DNA from: a virus
Taxonomy: Duplodnaviria; Caudoviricetes
Length of the DNA stretch: 56,183 bases
IMG/VR virus record: IMGVR_UViG_3300017913_003170
Span: 1 to 56,183 of that record
Strand: one strand, 5' to 3'
The notes under the pieces were generated by a model. That model worked only from the letters and a program-made list of their open reading frames with translations, did not search any database and was not told the origin of the DNA. Shown piece by piece: positions 18,901 through 29,407 of the stretch (positions are counted from its first letter, which is position 1; every line of letters starts with the position of its first letter). A program made the position numbers and the translations under genes.

Positions 18901-21121
18901 ATACACCATTTACAGTTACATCACCGCTTTCCAGTGTGAGTGTATCAGTAACAGTGCCTGCTTTCATTGTGCCAAAAACCAACTTACCATCTTCTGTGGT
19001 GTCGGTAATATCTGTGATTGTACCAGTTAGTCTAGCAATTGTTTCAATGTTGGAACCATCGTCATATGCACGGAATTCCATAATACCGCCAACATCGTTG
19101 TCTGCTGGTGTAGCACGTTCGTTACAAATAATCAGTGTAGGTGATGTTGCATCATCTGCTGTGTTTTGTACAATAAATTCTGGCTGACTTGCTGAGCTTG
19201 AAGTTACAAAAATTCTACCGTTTGATTGACCAGGTTCAATATTGCCATTGATTGTAATAGTATCGCCTGTGCTGTCGCCAAGTTGTGTTGTACCTTCAAC
19301 TGTTAGGTTGCCGCCCATGTATAGATTTTCAGCAACACCAACACCACCATCTACTACAAGAGCGCCAGTGGTTGCATCAGTTGCAGTTGTAGTATCGTCA
19401 ACGTTGACCATTCCAGTAACATCCAGTGTACCGCCAATGGTTGTATTGCCTGTGATATCAGCAGTGCTGGTTGCTGTAAATGCACCATCTACGTTTACTG
19501 TATCATCAAATTGTGCACCAACATAAAAATCAATTTCTGGTGATCCTGTTGTGCTTATGAATGTCATAAAGTCAACTGGTGTACCAGCTACATCTTGAAT
19601 AGTCAATGCGTCTGCTTGGTTGGTACCAAATTGAATAATGTTTGCACCGCTGGCACCAGTGAATTCAATGTTTGACTTTAGGAACAAGTGGCGCCATGCA
19701 TTGCCAGTGGTTGTTTGGCCCAAGTCGTATGTGTTGTCAGCATTTGGAACAAGGTCTCCGGCAGCATCAAGTGAACCAATTTCCAAGTCGCCTTTTGTAC
19801 CTGAGAACACCTCTGAACTGTTGGTAGCATCTGTAAGGAATGTAAATGCACTTGTGCTGTCATCATAACCAAAGAAGCCCAGTTTTGCACTGCCGTCGTA
19901 GTATCTAAATTCGATACCTCTGTCTTTGTTGTCGTCTGTGCTTGGTGCTGTGTCGCCACCTAGTGTAAAAATTGGATCGTCGATTGTGACTGTTGTACTG
20001 TTGACTGTTGTGGTTGTACCATCGACTTGAAGGTTACCGCCTACTGTAATGTTACCAGTTGTTGTAAGAGATCCCATTGTGTTGGCACCTGTACTGGTTA
20101 CATTACCTGTCAAATCACCAGTTACATCACCAGTTACATCACCTGTCAAATCACCAGTTACATCACCAGTTACACCACCGCTTGCAGTGATAGCACCTGT
20201 AGCACTAATTGTTGTAAATGCACCAGTTGATGCAGAGTTTGCACCAATTGCTGTGCCGTCGATGGCACCGCCGTTGATATCAACTGTTGTAAATGTACTT
20301 GTACCAGTTGATGTGATGTTACCTGTTACATCACCTGTTACATCACCTGTCAAGTTACCAGTTACAGTGTCAATGTAAGCATTGGCCCATGCATTGCTGC
20401 TATCGCCCAAATCATGTGTACTGTCTGTTGCTGGAATTAGGTCACTGTCGATGTCTGAACTAAATGTAACAGTGTCAGTTGCAGCGTCACCGATGTCAAT
20501 GTTGCCTTGGCCTACAATGGCTCCGCCTACATATAGGTTTTCACTAACGCCAACACCACCTGTTACAATAAGTGTACCGGTAGTTGGACTGGTACTGCCA
20601 GTACCGCCTGTTAGTGTTAGACTTGTAAAGCTAGCTGAGCCGCCACCTGAAATATCTGATAGAAATGCTACTGTACCACTAGCATCCTGGAATGTAATAG
20701 TTCTGTCTGCTGTTGGATCTGTAATTGCAAACGTGGTTTCATAATCGTCTGCTGTAGCACCTTCGAATACCAACGGTGATCCACCGCTAAATGTTGCTGA
20801 ACTAATGCCTGTAATAGCACCACCGGTTATAGATATAGTGCCGTCTGTAAGTGTAGTTACCGTAGCCGTAGCCAATGTAGGAGAGTCAGTAGGAACAAAG
20901 TTTGTTCCATCATATGCAAGTATATCATTATTTGATGGTGCGTTTGTTGTAAGATCAAATTCACTTAGTTTATCAGCTGATACTGATGTTGTTAGCCATG
21001 TACCACTGGTATCATCGTATATTAGAAAATCACCGTCTGCGTATGCATCGGCTGCTACATCTGTAAAATCTCTCAGTGCCCCAACGACTGCTGTGCTTAC
21101 ACCTCTCCCTATATATGCCAT
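15923..21121 (-). CDS. Large repetitive fibre/adhesin-like structural protein (1732 aa)
   Basis: T/G/D/S/N-rich; TGALVVDGGVG fibre repeats; array of ~38-aa Asn/Ser repeats. Confidence 0.75.
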   Translation of the reverse strand: MAYIGRGVSTAVVGALRDFTDVAADAYADGDFLIYDDTSGTWLTTSVSADKLSEFDLTTNAPSNNDILAYDGTNFVPTDSPTLATATVTTLTDGTISITGGAITGISSATFSGGSPLVFEGATADDYETTFAITDPTADRTITFQDASGTVAFLSDISGGGSASFTSLTLTGGTGSTSPTTGTLIVTGGVGVSENLYVGGAIVGQGNIDIGDAATDTVTFSSDIDSDLIPATDSTHDLGDSSNAWANAYIDTVTGNLTGDVTGDVTGNITSTGTSTFTTVDINGGAIDGTAIGANSASTGAFTTISATGAITASGGVTGDVTGDLTGDVTGDVTGDLTGNVTSTGANTMGSLTTTGNITVGGNLQVDGTTTTVNSTTVTIDDPIFTLGGDTAPSTDDNKDRGIEFRYYDGSAKLGFFGYDDSTSAFTFLTDATNSSEVFSGTKGDLEIGSLDAAGDLVPNADNTYDLGQTTTGNAWRHLFLKSNIEFTGASGANIIQFGTNQADALTIQDVAGTPVDFMTFISTTGSPEIDFYVGAQFDDTVNVDGAFTATSTADITGNTTIGGTLDVTGMVNVDDTTTATDATTGALVVDGGVGVAENLYMGGNLTVEGTTQLGDSTGDTITINGNIEPGQSNGRIFVTSSSASQPEFIVQNTADDATSPTLIICNERATPADNDVGGIMEFRAYDDGSNIETIARLTGTITDITDTTEDGKLVFGTMKAGTVTDTLTLESGDVTVNGVFNAGTSNAFSIAADGATSISNSLTLESNNNFTFNNESSTQVFQVVGSTGATTIAGPTVINNTVATNNNVTFTNSSSNNFNINNSSDTTVFDVDMSTGDTIISGGTTINNTLAVSNNVSLSAAADFTMADNSGTPVTIFQIDGATGATTIEGATTINNAVTFESDNNFTLNSSGSTQVFQIDMSTGDTVIEGDTTINSAVTFESGDNFTINDSSSTQVFQIDMSTGATTIENSLTLNDNSSNAFTINNSSDTTTFNIDMSTGDTTIEGATTINNTMAVNNSVTFTDDSSNTFLINNSSDTQVFNIDMSTGDTTIEGATTINNTMAVNNNVTFTDSSTNNFTINNSSDTQVFNIAMSTGAVTIEGDTTVNNTMTLVDNSSDTFTIQNNSNTNTFNIDMSTGDTTIEGSTTINNEVTFESNNNFTINNNSSTQVFQIDMSTGDTTIEGDVVFKDNSFTINNSSDTTLFDIDIANTSIDIDLDLTVSNNVTFDNSITFNIDNSSDVNVFQVLGASGNTTIGGTLDVTGDVNFNSTTSSTTNSTGAVVIDGGLGLAENLNMGGNLDVDGNATIAGNLTVSGTTTTLDTTTLNVSDALIKVGDGNTATAIDLGMVFTRGDGTDEDTNNVSFFWDESADEFVVANTNTEDGTTNGNITIDDYADLHMGGLTVDDNATVGGTLDVTGESTLASATVSDLTDNRIVIAGTAGSLEDDANLTFDGTTFEVGTGFDVTVASGNTAIGGTLDVTGATTIDGVVEINSTGDHALRADGMIRVASTTDGEGFRITSRGGFIVSGNDTRVFANNNLILGSTDTGTALTVDTDNDVTVANNLDVSGNATVSGTLDVDGDATITANLVVDDADKYIHHGDTGYYTRQYVLYGTTTDATETEIFVGGTTNSRVGVASNTTMFYEIKFVARRTDAAGEGAGWHVKGVVDNHSGTTADVGDLYEIIVAQDDEDWQVDAQADDTNDALKITCTGEASKTIKWVAIVTTTEVVN
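17380..18860 (-). repeat. Tandem array of about 13 ~38-aa repeats (FTINNSSDTQVFNIDMSTGDTTIEGATTINN...)
   Basis: Visible in protein and DNA (recurrent ccttcaatggttgtatcacc.gt.ctcat). Boundaries approximate. Confidence 0.85.
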
Positions 21122-21122
21122 C

Positions 21123-21452
21123 TTATGTTATCTCCAATACACTTACAAAAACTTCGCAGTCGTCGGCTGATGTTGCTGTAACCACTAGCTTGTCACCTGT
21201 TTCAAGGTTGATAGGTTTGTCCCAGAACAGTGTTGTTTGCACCGGTACCACTATGCTATTTCCCAACTTGCTGTAGCTTCCTTCGCTATCATCATAAACT
21301 TCGACGTCTACAGCAATATTTATCGATGCATCAACATTGGCAATGTTGAGGTTGTGAATCACACTGGTGGTATTACTGGGTGCAGTATAAATGTCAGTTC
21401 GTGTATCGGCTGAGCTTATTGTTGCGCTTGCGTTTTTGAAACTACTTGCCAT
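21123..21452 (-). CDS. Small beta-rich structural protein
   Basis: MASSFKNA...IYTAP...NIANVD...KPINLETGDKL; this type of small gene follows genes ending in AIAFAIALG in aquatic phages. Confidence 0.6.
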   Translation of the reverse strand: MASSFKNASATISSADTRTDIYTAPSNTTSVIHNLNIANVDASINIAVDVEVYDDSEGSYSKLGNSIVVPVQTTLFWDKPINLETGDKLVVTATSADDCEVFVSVLEIT

Positions 21453-21458
21453 ATTATA

Positions 21459-22190
21459 TTATCCTCCAAGTGCAATTGCAAAAGCTATCGCATCACCTTC
21501 TGTTACATATCCTAAACTATTTATTGTTGCAGGTTCCCACTTACTTGTGCTAGCATTGTACTGCAAAAGATCACCGTCGTTTGGTGTTCCTACTATAGAT
21601 ACATCTGATAAATCGTTTAGAACTGTTCCGCTAGCACTTGCTCCAACACCTTTGTTGCCTACATAACGTGCACCAACTACATAGATTACATTGCTGGTAC
21701 CTGTGCCGATGCTGGTAGGAAGGTTAGTACCAATGAAATGAAGTACACCAGATTTGTAATCAAAGTACCATTCGTCGTTGTTACCAGATCCTGCTGCAAA
21801 CAGTTGTGTACCATTGGTTTGCGGTGCACTGTCGCTTGCACTACTAGCATAGATTTTTACTTGATATGTACTACCAAATTCAGGTGGAATCCAATCTGTT
21901 TCACCTGTTTTCCAAGTTCTATTGTTGGTTGCAGTTGAGTCTTCTGTTGCTTCAACAGTGGCATTGCCGTTGCCACTGTCATCATATATTTCTACGTTGC
22001 TATCGTTGCTGGTAGGAATAACACTGGTTATTTGATCAGCATTACTCCAAACTTCATCGCCACGCAGTAGTAACGGACTGGCAATACTTTCATTGGTAGC
22101 ATTTTTTACATCATTGGTATCAGTTTTGGTTACACCATAACCCAACTTCTTCCAAAGATAATCTACCTTTTGTGCATCAGATATTGCCAT
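21459..22190 (-). CDS. Structural protein; paralogue of the N-terminal domain of 22208..29359
   Basis: Shares MAI.D.QKVDYLWKKLGYGVTKTD...YFDY.SGVLHFIGTNLP; LNDLSDV...GDLLQYN...W linker; ends DAIAFAIALGG. Confidence 0.7.
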   Translation of the reverse strand: MAISDAQKVDYLWKKLGYGVTKTDTNDVKNATNESIASPLLLRGDEVWSNADQITSVIPTSNDSNVEIYDDSGNGNATVEATEDSTATNNRTWKTGETDWIPPEFGSTYQVKIYASSASDSAPQTNGTQLFAAGSGNNDEWYFDYKSGVLHFIGTNLPTSIGTGTSNVIYVVGARYVGNKGVGASASGTVLNDLSDVSIVGTPNDGDLLQYNASTSKWEPATINSLGYVTEGDAIAFAIALGG

Positions 22191-22207
22191 TGTTTATCCG
22201 TCTCCTA

Positions 22208-25200
22208 TTAGCTAATGCTCAATGCTGTAACACTGTCACCGCTTGCTAGTGCAATTCTTACTAGAACTACATTGCCAGTAGCGTTTGTCATGTTTTCAGT
22301 ACCAAGTGTCATTGTGTAACTGCCACTTAGTGCACCCGATCCAATAATATCACCAGTTGTTGATGCACAACCGTTTGATCCGTTACCGCCGGAACCTGTA
22401 TTAGCACCCGGAACACCGCTACCTGCATACGCTATACCTGCATCTAGCCAACCACTGATTGAACTTGCATCGTCAATTGCTGTACCTGGTGCAGCAATCC
22501 ACAGTCCTTCAATACCTGTGCTACTTGTGATGTTGATATCAAAGTTAGCAACAACTGTTCTACGGAATGCAAATGTAAAGTACTGTGTACCTGTGTCTCC
22601 GCTTCTGTCTGGGCCAGCTGGCAAGTAACCTGAACTATAGTCTGTGGTATCATGTTTTAGTGTACCAAATCTAATAGTTGCTTCTTTGGTTCCTTCTACA
22701 CCTGGGTCACTGCTTTCGCTGTATACATCGTTTGTGTAGTAGTTTGTTGTGTCACTGATTGTTGGATTGTCAACAGTTGCAGCATTGAAATCAAATACAC
22801 GCACACCGTTGTCGTTGTATGTACTACCTAAACTACTACTTACACTGACACCAATTTCACTGATACCACTTTGCGATGCTGTATGCACTTGTAGTTTTGC
22901 AGTTGCATCACTTGAATAGCTGCCTGTACCGTTGACGTTGTAAGCACGTGCTTTGATAGTTTCTACAGTTCTTACACTACTTGAAGTAATATCAACTGTC
23001 AAGTCACCAATTGTGTATGCACTGCTATTACCAGTGTTTGCATTTGGAATACCGCCAGTTAGATAACTAGTGGTGCCATCGACTTCAGCATATGTAAAGT
23101 ACTGAGTACTAATTGCACTCTGTGATGTGCTTTCGTAGTTTGTACCACTAGTTACTTCTACAACCTGTGTGGTGTTTCTATATGTTTGTCCAATCCAATC
23201 TGCAAGTGTTGTACCGCTCAATGTTACATTTGGTGATCCGCTGTTGTAATGCGGAATACCTGAAATGTATCTGTAAGTACCATTGGTACCTGCTGCCAGT
23301 GTACCAATTGTTGTGGTTGGCGTATTGGTAACATCATCTTTTACAAATTCAACAGTGTTTGTATCTCCGCTTGTGCTGTGTGACAGTTGGAAACTGTTGA
23401 TACCGTTGCTTACACCGCTTGCTGTTTTTGATACTCTAGCTTTGAAGCCTTGGAATGCATCTGGATAGTAGATACTGCTCGCAAATGTTGTTGAGCTACC
23501 ACTAGCATTCAACAGTTGATAATCACTTTGATCGGTAACATCCAAACTTGTGTATGTTCCTGTTTTATCAGTACCATCAAATGTTACGTTGCCGTCGCCG
23601 CTGCCGTTGACGTTTGCAGTAAGTGTTCCAGCATCTGCATCATATGCAAATGTGCTGATTGCTGTACTGCTGATGCTGCCGCTTGTACTTGTTGTTCTGT
23701 TTACATTGTCGCCTGCACTGTATGTTGCACCACCTGTGTTATCAGTTGCACTTGCTGCCAGTTTAGGCGAAGTACCTACACTTCCGCTGAATGCAATTGT
23801 TTTAGTGCTCAGTCCATTTGGTGCACTTGGTGCATCGTCGTAAACTTTTAGCAATACACTGCCTGTTGCAGGAATAACACTTGGGTTAGCAGTTGTGTGA
23901 CTGTCTAGTTCTAGTGTTGTTGTATCTCTGCCTGTGCCACTGTTGGTGCCTTGGGCCCATGTGTGTTGTAATCTGCTACCGCTTACACCACCGTCGGCTG
24001 CATCGCTAGCAATTGTATCGTTGCTGGATCCATCACCCCAATCCATGTCATATGTAACTGTTGCCATAGTTGTATTGGTTGTGGTGTTTTCCATGTATAG
24101 ACTGTCGCCTTCTTTGACCCACAAGTCGTTTCCGCTCAATGCGCTACCGCCTGTGCTTGCTCTGAAGTAATCAAAGCTAACAACTGGGTCTGCTGTGTAG
24201 ATAACAATATAGTCTGTTCTGCTAGAGCTAGCACTACTACCTGTTCCGCCACCGCTGGTGTTGCTTGCTGTTACACTAACAGTAAACGGTGAGTTTGTGT
24301 TGCTTGAATATGTGTGACTTGGTGTACTATCACTAGTTGTGTCACTGTTACCATCACCCCAATCTATTTCAAATTGGTTAGCATTACCGTCTACAGTTGT
24401 TGTAAGTGTTACAGTTGTTCCTGCGCCGCCTGCTGTAGTATCTGCTACAAATGTTACACTGCGCACAAATGTATCATTGCGAACGTTTTCAATAATTTCG
24501 TTTAGATCATCTAGTACGTTTACAATTTTGTTTGTGTCTGCAAAGTCTTGATATGCACCATCGCTACTCCAGCTACCGTCTGTCGGAGTACCTGCATCAA
24601 GTTCTGCGCCTGTTTGCCCATCAACGTATGCTTTGATACTTTGCTGTGTTGCCAGTGCTGTGTCGCTATCACTGGTCATATCATCTTCATCAAGAATGTT
24701 GTCCACTGTTGTTGAGCTGTTGATTGTCAAGTCTGTGTTTACATTCAAGCTAGCACCAACATACAAGTTTTCGCTGATACCAGCACCACCTGCTACTGTC
24801 AATGCACCAGTGCTTGTACTTGTTGATGCTGTTGTGTTTGTTACACTTGTAGTACCAGCAATGCTTGTATTACCTGTAGCACCTGCAATTGTAAAGTTGC
24901 TGTTTACATCAACGTCTACTGCAACACTCAAGTCTCCTTGGAATGCAGCATCTGCGCCTGTGAATTCAACGGAAGTTGTACCGTTGCTCGAAATCGACAT
25001 GTTGTTGCTGCCGCTTACTTTTGACAAGCTACCAAAGTTTGTACCACCTGCATCAAATGTAATGCTTGAACTTGCATCAATATCCAAACTGATGTCAGTT
25101 GCGGCTGTAAAGTTGATTGCTTGTCCAGAAGTAACTGCTGCATCATTTGAGCCTGTTGTTGTAATTGTGTATGCGCCTGCTACTGTACTACCTGTAGCAG

Positions 25201-28200
25201 ATACTGTCAATCCATCTACGTTTAGATCGCCTCCGACATATAGGTTTTCAGCAATACCAGCACCACCATCAATAATCACAGCACCTGTTGTTGTGCTTGT
25301 ACTTCCTGTGGTATCATTGAAGTTTGTTGCTCCAGTGACATCCATTGTGCCTGCGACCAATGTGTTACCAGTTGCATAGTCCACTGTAAATTTGTTTGAA
25401 CTGTCACCAAATGTCAAATCACCTGCGCTGTCAATTTGCATACGCTTGGTGCCTGCTGTGTAAAATTCTAGTGCATCAATATCGCTGCTGCTTTCAGCTT
25501 CAATATATGTGTCTTGATCAACATCTTTTACGCCGCCCAATGAACTCCATGCACTGCCATCGTATCCTTCAAATGCACTGTCAGTTGAATTGAAGCGAAT
25601 TTGACCAGTAACTGCTGTAGGACGCTGTGCTGTAGTACCTACCGGAATTTGCACACTGCCTGTGCTGTCAAAGATAGCATTACCAAATCTAACATTGCCT
25701 TTTGTGCCCGAGAACACTTCGCTAGCATTGGTTGCATCAGGAATAAATGTAAATTCGCTGGTGCTATCGTCAAAACCAAAGAAGCCTAATTTTGCATCAG
25801 TACCGTTGTGATAGTGGAATTCAATACCTCTATCTTTGTTGTCGTCTGCACTGATGTCTGTATCGCCCAGTGTGATAATTGGGTCATCAACTTGAAGTAC
25901 GCTACTTTCAACTGTTGTAGTAGTACCACTAACTGTTAGATCACCAGTTAGGCTCAAGTTACCACCTAGGTTCAAGTTATTGGTAATTGTAGCATCATCA
26001 ACGTAAATGTGTTGCCATCTGTTTGTTGTATCACCAAGATCATAAGAACCATCTGTGTCAACCAACAAGTCACTTGCTGCTTTTGCAGTAAATGTAACAG
26101 TGTCTGTGTTTGCATCACCTAGTGTAGTGTTACCATCTACACTCAAGTCGCCTTCTGCTGTAACGTTTCCAGTTAGCGTACTTGCACCAGTAACTGCTAG
26201 TGTTGTGCTCACTGTTGCTGCACCAGTTACTGCCAGTGTACTACCGTCAAATGTTAGGTTTGCACTGTCTTCAATTTCACCGTCTGTGCCTGCAAGTACA
26301 ACTCTACCCGATGTCAAGTCTGAAATCTTAGCACTTGAAATAGTAGCTGCACCCGATTGGAATGTACCGCTTACAATTGTGTTACCTGTGCTCATTTCAA
26401 CATCAAATACAGTTGTATTACTGCTGTTGTCGATATTGAAGTTGTTGCTACTGTTGTCTGTAAATGTAACGTTGTTGTTTACAGCCATTGTGTTGTTGAT
26501 AGTTGTAGCACCTTCAATTGTTGTTGCACCAGTACTACCATCAACGTTGAAAACGTTTGTGTTTGAGCTGTTGTCAATGTTGAAGTTGGCATTGTTTTGA
26601 ATGTTTACGCCTACATCAATGTCAACTGTTGTGTTGATAATAACGTTACCACCGCCAAAGTCTGCCGTTGCTGCTGCAATTTCACCAGTTAGGTTAGTGT
26701 CGCCTCCAACATATAGATTTTCAGCAATACCAACACCGCCATCTACTACAAGAGCACCTGTTGTTGTGCTTGTGCTGCCTGTTGTGCTGTTTAGGTTTGT
26801 ATCGCCTGTAACATCAAGTGTACCGCTCAATGTTGTGTTTCCTGTAACTGTTGCTGTTCCATCAACATCCAAGTTACCACCCATGTTCAAGTTTTCAGCT
26901 AAGCCAAGGCCACCGTCGATAATTACAGCACCAGTGGTGTTGCTTGTACTTGTGGTTGTATCATTGAAGTTGGCTGCACCTGTTACATCAAATGTGCCAC
27001 CTACAGTTGCGTTGCCATCTACATCCAGTGCGCCGCCCATGTTTACTGCGCCTGCAATACCAACGCCACCGTCTACTACCAATGCACCAGTGGTGTTTGA
27101 ACTAGAGGCAGTGGTGTCATCAATGTCTACTCGGCCTGCAAAACTTGTGTCAGGTGTAACTGCCATTGCGTTACTGCCTGTTGTACTTGTTAGTACAATA
27201 AAGTCGCTTGTACCGTCTGTGATGCTCAAACCATCTGCTAGGTTAGTTGGGAAAACAATTTCGCTTTCTCCGGTTGCACCGCTGAATGTAACACTTTCTG
27301 AAAGGAATATATCTTTCCATGCTTTGCTACTGGTACCCAAATCGTATGTGTCAGTAACATCTGGAACAATGTTTGATGTAACATCTGCACTGAATGTAAC
27401 AGTGTCAGTGTCTGCATCACCAAATGTTAGGTTACCTGCAATTGTTGCATTGCCTGTAACATTTAGGTTACCGCCAATATCAACATCACTTGATACATAA
27501 AGTTTTTCGCCAATACCAACACCGCCTGCTACTGTTAGAGCACCAGTTGATGTGCTGGTTGAAACTGTTGTACTGTCAATGCTTGTATCACCTGTAATTG
27601 TTGCTGTACCTGTAATTGCAGCATCGTCGTCAATTGTGGTTGTACCACCAGCACTGTCAATGGTCAAGTTTCCTGAACTTGTGTCAATTTCATTTGTGCC
27701 AGTTGTTGCAATTTGAATGTTGCTAAAGTCTGCGTTTGTACCTGTAACGGTATCAATGTATGCATTTGCAAAACGGTTTGTTGTGTCACCTAAGTCATAG
27801 CTGCTGTCAGTGTCAACCAATAGGTTGCTACCCAACTTGGCTGTAACTGTTAGTGTGTCACTATCTGCATCACCAATGGTTACATCGCCGTCCAATGATG
27901 TTGCACCAGTTACATCCAGTGTACCGCCAACTGTAACATTTCCGTCAGTTAGAATTGTTTCAACATACAGGTTATCCCATTTGTTAGCATTGCTACCCAA
28001 GTTGTAGGTTGCATCTGTATCTGGAACTAGGTTACTGCCAACTTGGCCACTAACATCCAATGTGGTTTCAACTGTTGCTGTCTCAACATACAAGTTGTTC
28101 CAACTGTTGGTGCTGTCGCCTAGGTCGTATGTTGCATCTGTGTCGACCAACAAGCTGCTGGCTGCTTTGGCTGTGAATGTAACAGTGTCTGTGTTTGCAT

Positions 28201-29359
28201 CGCCTAGCGTTGTGTTGCCTTCTACAGTCAAATTGCCTTGGGCTGTTACATTACCTGTTAGTGTACTTGTACCTGTTACTGCCAGTGTGCCAGTTAGTGT
28301 AGCATTACGACCATAAATGTCTTGAATATCCAAGTCACCAAATGTACCAGTTACTACTTCGCCTGATATAGTTGCATCAGGAGTAAATTGGAATCTGCCT
28401 GTGCTGTCGTCAAATCCAAAGAAACCTGTTTTTGCTGTTGATCCATCATGCCAATTGAATTTGATACCACGATCTTTGTTATCGTCGGAGTCTGGAGCGT
28501 CAGTACCGCCGAGTGTGAAGATTGGATCGTCGATTACAATTTCTGTCGAACTAATAGTAGTAGTTGTACCTTCAACTGTCAAGTCTCCTGTGATACGTGC
28601 ACTACCATCTACATCAAGTGCAACAGTTGGAGAAGTTTGGTTGATACCTACTCTGTCGTTTGTTTCATCTACAAATAGTACACCACTGTCAACATTCAAT
28701 CCACCACTAATAAGAACATCGCCGGTGCCATTAGGAGCAAGTGTTAGGTCACCGTTTGTGTCTGATGTTGAAATTGTATTACCGCTGACTGAAATATTAC
28801 CAAAGCTACCCGAAGCAGATGTTGTACCAAATCCGCCAATATAACGAGCACCTGAAATGTAAATTTTCTTACTTGAGGTAAGTCCGCTTGGAAGGTTAGT
28901 ACCAATAAAGTGCAGCACACCCGATTGATAATCAAAGTACCATTCGTCATTGTTGCCACTACCAGCTGCAAAGATCTGTGTACCGCCAGTTTGTGCATCA
29001 GTTTGGCTTGCATCATCAATGTAAACTTTTACTTGATACGTACTACCAAATTCAGGTGGAATCCAGTCTGTTTCACCTGTTTTCCAAGTTCTACGTGAAC
29101 TGGCTGTGTTGTCTTCTGTTGCTTCAATAGTGGCTTCTGATCCACCATCTTTATAAATTTCTACTACGCTGGTGCTTGCACTTGGAATAACTCCAGGTAC
29201 ACTGCCTGCATCGCTCCATACTTTGTCACCACGTAGTAGTAGTGGTGATGCGATGCTTTCGTTGGTTGCATTTTTGACTGAGTTTACGTCTGTTTTTGTA
29301 ACACCGTAACCTAACTTTTTCCAAAGATAGTCAACCTTTTGTGTGTCGGTAATTGCCAT
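22208..29359 (-). CDS. Giant fibre/adhesin-like structural protein with PKD-like domains (2383 aa)
   Basis: Fibre repeats, FEIDWGDG/YDMDWGDG PKD-like motifs, C-terminal region homologous to 29408..33583. Confidence 0.75.
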   Translation of the reverse strand: MAITDTQKVDYLWKKLGYGVTKTDVNSVKNATNESIASPLLLRGDKVWSDAGSVPGVIPSASTSVVEIYKDGGSEATIEATEDNTASSRRTWKTGETDWIPPEFGSTYQVKVYIDDASQTDAQTGGTQIFAAGSGNNDEWYFDYQSGVLHFIGTNLPSGLTSSKKIYISGARYIGGFGTTSASGSFGNISVSGNTISTSDTNGDLTLAPNGTGDVLISGGLNVDSGVLFVDETNDRVGINQTSPTVALDVDGSARITGDLTVEGTTTTISSTEIVIDDPIFTLGGTDAPDSDDNKDRGIKFNWHDGSTAKTGFFGFDDSTGRFQFTPDATISGEVVTGTFGDLDIQDIYGRNATLTGTLAVTGTSTLTGNVTAQGNLTVEGNTTLGDANTDTVTFTAKAASSLLVDTDATYDLGDSTNSWNNLYVETATVETTLDVSGQVGSNLVPDTDATYNLGSNANKWDNLYVETILTDGNVTVGGTLDVTGATSLDGDVTIGDADSDTLTVTAKLGSNLLVDTDSSYDLGDTTNRFANAYIDTVTGTNADFSNIQIATTGTNEIDTSSGNLTIDSAGGTTTIDDDAAITGTATITGDTSIDSTTVSTSTSTGALTVAGGVGIGEKLYVSSDVDIGGNLNVTGNATIAGNLTFGDADTDTVTFSADVTSNIVPDVTDTYDLGTSSKAWKDIFLSESVTFSGATGESEIVFPTNLADGLSITDGTSDFIVLTSTTGSNAMAVTPDTSFAGRVDIDDTTASSSNTTGALVVDGGVGIAGAVNMGGALDVDGNATVGGTFDVTGAANFNDTTTSTSNTTGAVIIDGGLGLAENLNMGGNLDVDGTATVTGNTTLSGTLDVTGDTNLNSTTGSTSTTTGALVVDGGVGIAENLYVGGDTNLTGEIAAATADFGGGNVIINTTVDIDVGVNIQNNANFNIDNSSNTNVFNVDGSTGATTIEGATTINNTMAVNNNVTFTDNSSNNFNIDNSSNTTVFDVEMSTGNTIVSGTFQSGAATISSAKISDLTSGRVVLAGTDGEIEDSANLTFDGSTLAVTGAATVSTTLAVTGASTLTGNVTAEGDLSVDGNTTLGDANTDTVTFTAKAASDLLVDTDGSYDLGDTTNRWQHIYVDDATITNNLNLGGNLSLTGDLTVSGTTTTVESSVLQVDDPIITLGDTDISADDNKDRGIEFHYHNGTDAKLGFFGFDDSTSEFTFIPDATNASEVFSGTKGNVRFGNAIFDSTGSVQIPVGTTAQRPTAVTGQIRFNSTDSAFEGYDGSAWSSLGGVKDVDQDTYIEAESSSDIDALEFYTAGTKRMQIDSAGDLTFGDSSNKFTVDYATGNTLVAGTMDVTGATNFNDTTGSTSTTTGAVIIDGGAGIAENLYVGGDLNVDGLTVSATGSTVAGAYTITTTGSNDAAVTSGQAINFTAATDISLDIDASSSITFDAGGTNFGSLSKVSGSNNMSISSNGTTSVEFTGADAAFQGDLSVAVDVDVNSNFTIAGATGNTSIAGTTSVTNTTASTSTSTGALTVAGGAGISENLYVGASLNVNTDLTINSSTTVDNILDEDDMTSDSDTALATQQSIKAYVDGQTGAELDAGTPTDGSWSSDGAYQDFADTNKIVNVLDDLNEIIENVRNDTFVRSVTFVADTTAGGAGTTVTLTTTVDGNANQFEIDWGDGNSDTTSDSTPSHTYSSNTNSPFTVSVTASNTSGGGTGSSASSSRTDYIVIYTADPVVSFDYFRASTGGSALSGNDLWVKEGDSLYMENTTTNTTMATVTYDMDWGDGSSNDTIASDAADGGVSGSRLQHTWAQGTNSGTGRDTTTLELDSHTTANPSVIPATGSVLLKVYDDAPSAPNGLSTKTIAFSGSVGTSPKLAASATDNTGGATYSAGDNVNRTTSTSGSISSTAISTFAYDADAGTLTANVNGSGDGNVTFDGTDKTGTYTSLDVTDQSDYQLLNASGSSTTFASSIYYPDAFQGFKARVSKTASGVSNGINSFQLSHSTSGDTNTVEFVKDDVTNTPTTTIGTLAAGTNGTYRYISGIPHYNSGSPNVTLSGTTLADWIGQTYRNTTQVVEVTSGTNYESTSQSAISTQYFTYAEVDGTTSYLTGGIPNANTGNSSAYTIGDLTVDITSSSVRTVETIKARAYNVNGTGSYSSDATAKLQVHTASQSGISEIGVSVSSSLGSTYNDNGVRVFDFNAATVDNPTISDTTNYYTNDVYSESSDPGVEGTKEATIRFGTLKHDTTDYSSGYLPAGPDRSGDTGTQYFTFAFRRTVVANFDINITSSTGIEGLWIAAPGTAIDDASSISGWLDAGIAYAGSGVPGANTGSGGNGSNGCASTTGDIIGSGALSGSYTMTLGTENMTNATGNVVLVRIALASGDSVTALSIS

Positions 29360-29407
29360 TTTTTACGCTCCTAATGGTTCTCACATCATAATATCTGATA
29401 TAGTTAT

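Noticed and set aside
17380-20365. Tandem repeats as a CRISPR array or DGR template/variable repeats
   Set aside because: Repeats are in-frame coding units varying at synonymous sites; no unique spacers, cas genes, reverse transcriptase or adenine-specific variation.
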